Assembly (NCBI GenBank): GCA_050115495.1
Contig: JASFQK010000020.1
Coordinates: forward strand, 54,928 to 118,927
DNA length: 64,000 nt
Direction of reading: 5' to 3'
Origin: Phycisphaerae bacterium
GTDB lineage: Bacteria > Planctomycetota > Phycisphaerae > UBA1845 > Fen-1342
Below, in pieces: positions 58,993 through 64,000 of the stretch. Under the pieces are notes generated by a model that was not told where the DNA came from, made no database searches, and was given only the letters and a program-made list of their open reading frames with translations. Numbering within the stretch: the stretch's first letter is position 1; each line of letters starts with the position of its first letter. Both the position numbers and the translations under genes were made by a program.

Positions 58993-59042
58993 CACGCCGG
59001 AAAAGTACCCGCAATCCGCCCCCGACACCACCGCCGGTGCAG

Positions 59043-59570
59043 CTACCCGCGCAGCTCGGCGTAACCCGCTTCGAGATCCTTCAACGTCTTCCGCGTGGCC
59101 ATGCGGTCGGTGGGTCCCATGCGGTCGATGATCATCACGCCGTCGAGGTGATCGGTCTCGTGCTGCCAGCAGCGGGCGACGAGGTCCTCACCTTCTTCGG
59201 TGAACGGGTTGCCCTGGAGATCCTGGGCTTCGATGAGGCAGCGCTTCGCCCGGCGCACGTTCACGTTGATGCCCGGCAGCGACAGACAGCCCTCTTCGGC
59301 CTCGGCGCTACCCGAGCGGTCGCGAATGACCGGGTTCACGAAAACGCGGTTGTCCTTGTCCTCGCCGGTGACGTTCATGACGAACAGCCGCTTGAGCACG
59401 CCGACCTGCGGGCCGGCGAGCCCCACGCCGCGGTCCTCCCGCATCACGCGCAGCATCTCCTGGGCCAGCTCGGCGAGCTCGCCATTGAAATCGGTAACCG
59501 GCTCGCACACCTGGCGCAGGCGGGGATCCGGATAATGAATGACGGAAACTTTGTCGGGGCTTTCACTCAC
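59043..59570 (-). CDS. def: Peptide deformylase
   Basis: GVGLAGPQVG, EGCLSLP, QHETDHLDG. Confidence 0.97.
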   Translation of the reverse strand: MSESPDKVSVIHYPDPRLRQVCEPVTDFNGELAELAQEMLRVMREDRGVGLAGPQVGVLKRLFVMNVTGEDKDNRVFVNPVIRDRSGSAEAEEGCLSLPGINVNVRRAKRCLIEAQDLQGNPFTEEGEDLVARCWQHETDHLDGVMIIDRMGPTDRMATRKTLKDLEAGYAELRG

Positions 59571-59628
59571 ATCTTCACCGTCGACTCGTCCCCCGCACCT
59601 CTCCCATCGGCTCTTTCGAATTATAGCG

Positions 59629-60747
59629 TCAAAGTCCCTGTCCGAGCAGGAAGGCCCGGGCGACTCGCGCGGACATCTGCGGATTCTCGAAGACCAGCGG
59701 CATCAGCAAGGCCAAGTCCGTATGCGGCAGGCGCAGGTACTCGGCCAATTCGGTCCGCCAACCGGAGCTGAACGAGAGCAATTCGTCCTGGGGCACCTTG
59801 GCGGCCAGGGCCCGCTGGCATGCCTCCGCCGCGATCCACCCGGACGTCATCTCCGGATACAGCGACTCCCGGCTGAACGCCGCCGCGAAGCCCCCGGCCT
59901 CGCCGACGAGCACGCACCGTTTGCCAACCAGCGTCTCCAGATCGAGGGCGACGCCCGCTGGCGTCAGGCCGTACACGGGTTGCGCCGCGTCCGCGAGCAG
60001 CAGGTTTTCCTCCCGGGCGCGTCCGAGAAACTCCTCGAACTGGGCCGCAATCGGCGGCTCCGTATCGCGGGTCATCAGGCTCACGTGCACGTGCCGGCCG
60101 TCGCGCATGATCGTGGTGACCTGCGGCGTGCGCCGTGCTCCGATAATCACGTCGAGCCCAACTTCGTCCGTAGTCGCCGCCAGCACCAGGTCGGCCCCGT
60201 ACGCCACGTTCTCACTGCGATGGGCCGCGGGGAGGCGGGCCAAGCCGGCGGTCGGCGCGGCGGGTCCGTCGGCAACGAGCAGCAACCGCCCGCGGAACTC
60301 GCCCCCACCTTCCGCCGTCAGCGTGACGTGCTCTTCGCCGAGGGCCACGTCAACCGGCCGCGACGGGCCGGCGAGTTCGGCGCCGGCCTGTTGGGCCACG
60401 CCGCATAGACCCTGCACGAACGCCGCCCGCGAGACGATCCAGCCGCACAACTCCGCTTCGTCGACCTTCCGTTGCCGCTGAAGATCCCAGGAGCGCAGCT
60501 CGACGCCCGAGAACTCGCTCGCTGGGAGTGTCTTCAGATCGACGCCGGCCTGGGCGCATAGCGCCGTGCCCTTGGGCCCGAGCCAGTCCAGGGCATCGGG
60601 CGGACGGCCGTCCGGCCCGGTGTCGATCAGCAGCGTGCGCAGCCCGAGCTGCTGCCCGTGAATGGCCGCCGCCGCTCCTGCCGCTGTCGCCCCGGCGATC
60701 AGTAGGTCGTATACGTCTTGTCCATCAGCGGTTTGCGCCGCGGTCAT
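59629..60747 (-). CDS. Geranylgeranyl-reductase-like FAD-dependent oxidoreductase (degenerate motifs)
   Basis: YDLLIAGATAAG, LLVADG, LVGEAGG; ATGA overlap with the upstream gene. Confidence 0.7.
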   Translation of the reverse strand: MTAAQTADGQDVYDLLIAGATAAGAAAAIHGQQLGLRTLLIDTGPDGRPPDALDWLGPKGTALCAQAGVDLKTLPASEFSGVELRSWDLQRQRKVDEAELCGWIVSRAAFVQGLCGVAQQAGAELAGPSRPVDVALGEEHVTLTAEGGGEFRGRLLLVADGPAAPTAGLARLPAAHRSENVAYGADLVLAATTDEVGLDVIIGARRTPQVTTIMRDGRHVHVSLMTRDTEPPIAAQFEEFLGRAREENLLLADAAQPVYGLTPAGVALDLETLVGKRCVLVGEAGGFAAAFSRESLYPEMTSGWIAAEACQRALAAKVPQDELLSFSSGWRTELAEYLRLPHTDLALLMPLVFENPQMSARVARAFLLGQGL

Positions 60748-62087
60748 TTCATTTGTTCCCAGAAGAACTGCTCGGCACGCTCGAACCGAGAGAAGGCGTC
60801 GCGGAGCGACTCCTCGATCCGGCGGATTTCCTCGGCGGACGCCTCGGGTCCGCCGCCTTCCGGCGCCAGTTCGAGAATGGCCTGGAGCCGGGCGGCAGCG
60901 TCATCGAGAAACGTCGCCGCCTGAGCGAAATCGCGAGCGGCCATAAACACGTCCAGCTTACCCTCCTGCGGCTTGCCCGGACCCCAAATGAGCCGGGATG
61001 GGTTCAGCCGCAACTCCTTGCTGCCGGCGGTGAGCTCTTCGCTCATCTCACGGGCGTTGGCGATGACCGCCTCGATCTGCGGCCGGTTCAAGACGAACAG
61101 CCGCTTGCCCGTGGCCGTCATCTCCTGCATGTCGGCCAGCGATGTATTCAGCCGGTCCAGCCCCACGTGCAGCTTGCCCAGCAGCGATGTGTCGCGGCTG
61201 GGATCGAACTCGGCCCGCAGCGCCGCGATCATCTCTTCATCGATCACCTGCGTGGCGTGGGCCACGTGCGTGAGTGTCTCATGCAACAATGGCCGATTCT
61301 CGGTCAGCGTCGCCAGCAATTCGCGGAGATTCTGATGCACGGTGTCCAGGGCGACGTGCACCTTCGCCAGCAGCGTACCCTCCTCGTCGGCCTGCATCTG
61401 GCCCCGCACGGCGGCGGTCGTCTGGTTCAGATCGTCGAGGATCAGGTGAATCTTGCCGAGCAACGTCTGGCGTTGCGAGACGCTCAGTTGCGCCCGCAGC
61501 TCCGCCGTCATCGCGTTGAAGTCGGTCAGAATGAACTTCACCTTCTCCAGCAGCGAGCCTTCGGCGTCGGGATCGAGCATGCGGTCCACGCGGTCGACCA
61601 GCCCGCCTTCCGCCGTCAGCCGCCGCGTCAGCGTCGTGAACGCCGCCATGCCCTGCGGCGGCTGGCCTTGTAGCGGGCCGTCGGGCAGCGGCACATCCGG
61701 TGTGCCGACGTTGACAATCACCATCGTCCCACTGCCGCCGACGAGCGGCATGTCCGTGCTGATCTCGCAGTTGCCGTAGAGCGGGATGCGCTCCTCGATC
61801 TCGGCCACGACGGCGATGACCGTGCGGCGCTCGTCCGCCAAGCCCGACTTCGCCGGCACCTCGAGCGGCTCGACGCTGGTGACCTGTCCGACTTCGAGCG
61901 CACCGCTGAGCAGCACGAGGCTCCCAGGCTTGAGCGGCGCGAGCCCTTCCTCGTGGCGGAAGTGCACGGTGATCGTCCGCGTGGCCCCGTGTCGCGTGCT
62001 GGCCAGAAACAGCACCGTGCCCACAAACAACACCAGGAACACGATGGCCGTCAGCCCGAGCGCGAAGTCCTGTTTTCGTGTGTTCAT
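60744..62087 (-). CDS. MlaD/MCE family protein with long helical domain
   Basis: N-terminal TM; LKPGSLVLLSGALEVGQVTSV MCE-like segment; helical repeats; LRLNPSRLIWG. Confidence 0.8.
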   Translation of the reverse strand: MNTRKQDFALGLTAIVFLVLFVGTVLFLASTRHGATRTITVHFRHEEGLAPLKPGSLVLLSGALEVGQVTSVEPLEVPAKSGLADERRTVIAVVAEIEERIPLYGNCEISTDMPLVGGSGTMVIVNVGTPDVPLPDGPLQGQPPQGMAAFTTLTRRLTAEGGLVDRVDRMLDPDAEGSLLEKVKFILTDFNAMTAELRAQLSVSQRQTLLGKIHLILDDLNQTTAAVRGQMQADEEGTLLAKVHVALDTVHQNLRELLATLTENRPLLHETLTHVAHATQVIDEEMIAALRAEFDPSRDTSLLGKLHVGLDRLNTSLADMQEMTATGKRLFVLNRPQIEAVIANAREMSEELTAGSKELRLNPSRLIWGPGKPQEGKLDVFMAARDFAQAATFLDDAAARLQAILELAPEGGGPEASAEEIRRIEESLRDAFSRFERAEQFFWEQMK

Positions 62088-62256
62088 CGGCGTCCGCTGT
62101 TCCCTTCGCTGGCGTCCGGGCGGACAACGGTACCACCGTCTGTCGCCCTCGTTCGGCACGCGCGCTGCACACTGCCCGGCGAGGTTGCGCGGCCCCGCCG
62201 AGCGGTCATTCTAAGGGGATCGGCGCGTCATGGCGACGGCAACGCCGGCGGAGGGT

Positions 62257-63366
62257 CTACTTCGGTTCAGCCGTGGCGTCCCGGGCCAGGGCCGCGCACT
62301 GCTCGTAGAAGGTCAGCATCTTCTCGAATTGCTCGCGTTGAAGCGGCGTCGCCAGCTCGACGGCCTTGCGCTGCACGGTGACCGCCAGATCAACCCGACC
62401 GACCAGGTGCAGGGCTCGGGCGTAGGTGTCGGCGATGCCGGCGTCGCGCCCGCCGCCGGCCTTGAAGGCGGCCCGCGCCAGCTTGAAGCCGATCGCCGGG
62501 TCGCGCGTGTACAGTCGCGGCTCGCTGACCACGTCCCAGGCCAGGCTGTTCAGCAGGGCCGCCTGCTCACCGCGCTGCGCGATCATCTGGTCGGCGAAGG
62601 CCCGCGCGGCCTCAAGGTCGCCGAGCTCGCCCAGCAGGATGGATAGCTTGTAGCGCAGCAGGCGCTGCTGCGGCACGTCCGTTTGCAGCAGGGCATCCAG
62701 GGCGAGCAGCGCCGTGTGCCAGGCCTGCCCGGCGCAGGCGTCACGGAAAAGCGCTTCGAGCTGATCCACGCTGCGCGACTGCTGCACCAGCCGGGCCGCC
62801 GCTTCGAGGTCGTAGTCACCGCGGAGAAGCTGCTCGACGATCTGCGCCAACTCGGGCTGCTGCGGATGGCCGTGCCAGGCGATAGTGTGATCCTGCCCGA
62901 TCACGAACGCGTACGGCACGAAGCCCACGCCCGCCGCCTCGCAGTACGCCCGCGTGGTCGCCCCGTCGACGTCGACCGCCACACGGAAAGGCAGCTTCGG
63001 ATCGGCCTTTTCCAGGAAGTCGCGGACGGCGTCGACCCGGTCCTCGGTGACGGCGACGATGGTCACGCCGCGCTCGACGAACCGCTCGTGCAGCGCGACC
63101 AGCGCGGGCAGCGCCGCCACGCTCGGCGACGACCAGCCGGCCCAGAAGGCGACGACGTAGATGTGCTTGTCGTCACCCTGATCGACGGCTACCGCCGGCC
63201 CGTTCAGCCACGTTTCGGCCCGCACCGGCGGCGCCGGCGAACCGACGTCCAGCAGCACGGGCTGCGTGGTGGGGGCTGACTGCTGGGCCTGGCACTCGCG
63301 TCGCGGCGTGACGGACCACGTCGCCGCCAGCGCCGCGGCCGCCGCTACGGCGATCCACGTTCGCAT
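62257..63366 (-). CDS. Exported TlpA/redoxin-fold + TPR protein lacking CxxC
   Basis: VGSPAP...WLNG, VVAFWAGWSSPS, VPYAFVIG...IAWHGHP; LNSLAW and DTYARAL TPR-like motifs. Confidence 0.82.
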   Translation of the reverse strand: MRTWIAVAAAAALAATWSVTPRRECQAQQSAPTTQPVLLDVGSPAPPVRAETWLNGPAVAVDQGDDKHIYVVAFWAGWSSPSVAALPALVALHERFVERGVTIVAVTEDRVDAVRDFLEKADPKLPFRVAVDVDGATTRAYCEAAGVGFVPYAFVIGQDHTIAWHGHPQQPELAQIVEQLLRGDYDLEAAARLVQQSRSVDQLEALFRDACAGQAWHTALLALDALLQTDVPQQRLLRYKLSILLGELGDLEAARAFADQMIAQRGEQAALLNSLAWDVVSEPRLYTRDPAIGFKLARAAFKAGGGRDAGIADTYARALHLVGRVDLAVTVQRKAVELATPLQREQFEKMLTFYEQCAALARDATAEPK

Positions 63367-63459
63367 AGGGACCTCCTGGCCGGCGCAGGGGCCGGTTGCC
63401 CGCACTTAATCTTACCGCTCGGGAGCGGATTCGTTGCACCCGGCGTGCTCCGGAATAGG

Positions 63460-63527
63460 GGGGACATTCTACTTCGTTCAGCCTTTCGCCTCGCCAAAAA
63501 GTAGAATGTCCCCGCTGTCATGTCCCC
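63460..63527. repeat. REP-like inverted repeat
   Basis: GGGGACATTCTACTT (63460-63474) / AAGTAGAATGTCCCC (63499-63513), plus an extra ATGTCCCC copy at 63520-63527. Confidence 0.7.
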
Positions 63528-63650
63528 TTTGCTACGGGTCGGTCGAGCGTCCCGCCCGACGCGGACGTGGCTACAAGGCGGCGGCGGGGGGCCTGTCTGA
63601 GACCGGGCCGCCGCGCCGCCTTTGGATCAGTGTGCCAGGATGGACTGGGT

Positions 63651-64000
63651 TCAGTCGGCCAGCGCCGCCGCGACGGCCGCCCAGAACGCGCCTTCCTCGC
63701 TATCGCCGTAGTATTCCGCGAGTTCCGCCGCCGCTTCGGTGATGAAGCTCAGTTCGTCGCCGAAGAGGGACGCTTCGAACATCGCGGCAACGGCCGCCGG
63801 CGTGGTGGCTCCACCGCCGGCGCGCTCCTCATCGCCCGGCGGCGCGCAATCAGCATGCTCCCAGTCCGGGTGCGCGGCGTACCAAGCCGCAGGGTCCGAC
63901 ACCTTCTGTATGAATGGGGCGATGTCGAAGTTGTTGACATAGCCATCGCAGTTCATGTCCGCGTGGTAGAGGGCAGAGCCGCGCAGGCCGGGATAGGCAA
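63651..64000 (-). CDS. C-terminus of a secreted protein with dockerin-like EF-hand domain (partial)
   Basis: ...YHADMNCDGYVNNFDIAPF... DxNxDGxVxxxD loop; open to the window edge; GC hairpin downstream at about 63576-63622. Confidence 0.75.
   Translation of the reverse strand, partial: AYPGLRGSALYHADMNCDGYVNNFDIAPFIQKVSDPAAWYAAHPDWEHADCAPPGDEERAGGGATTPAAVAAMFEASLFGDELSFITEAAAELAEYYGDSEEGAFWAAVAAALAD

Overview
High-GC bacterial chromosome segment, most consistent with Planctomycetota (class Phycisphaerae). This is inferred from the PEP-CTERM proteins, a dockerin-like C-terminal domain, the planctomycete-style gmk-rpoZ-coaC-coaB block and GGGGAC/GTCCCC intergenic repeats. About 54 CDS are supported. 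Housekeeping genes: dnaE, gmk, rpoZ, split coaC/coaB, murG, pyrD, rsmB, fmt, def. Accessory loci: an arsenic/metal/thiol-redox cluster (8.3-15.5 kb), two chemoreceptors flanking dnaE, a sugar ABC transporter with a GH172/DUF2961 enzyme, a three-gene minor-pilin cassette ending in a carbohydrate-binding module, an ECF sigma/anti-sigma pair, a FadF-like Fe-S oxidoreductase and a decayed IS1380-family element. I saw no rRNA, tRNA or CRISPR array. The best candidate for an undescribed system is at 5.9-8.3 kb: a perfect 26-bp palindrome lies between divergent promoters, just upstream of a near-consensus sigma70 promoter. That promoter drives an unannotated 413-aa protein with an N-terminal HTH-like segment, followed by a PEP-CTERM cargo gene. 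Other notable signals: an AT-rich structured spacer between convergent genes (37.8-38.0 kb), recurring leaderless-type promoters, possible sigma28-type promoters, and CxxC-less thioredoxin folds. All product calls come from motif recognition by eye; no database search was run.
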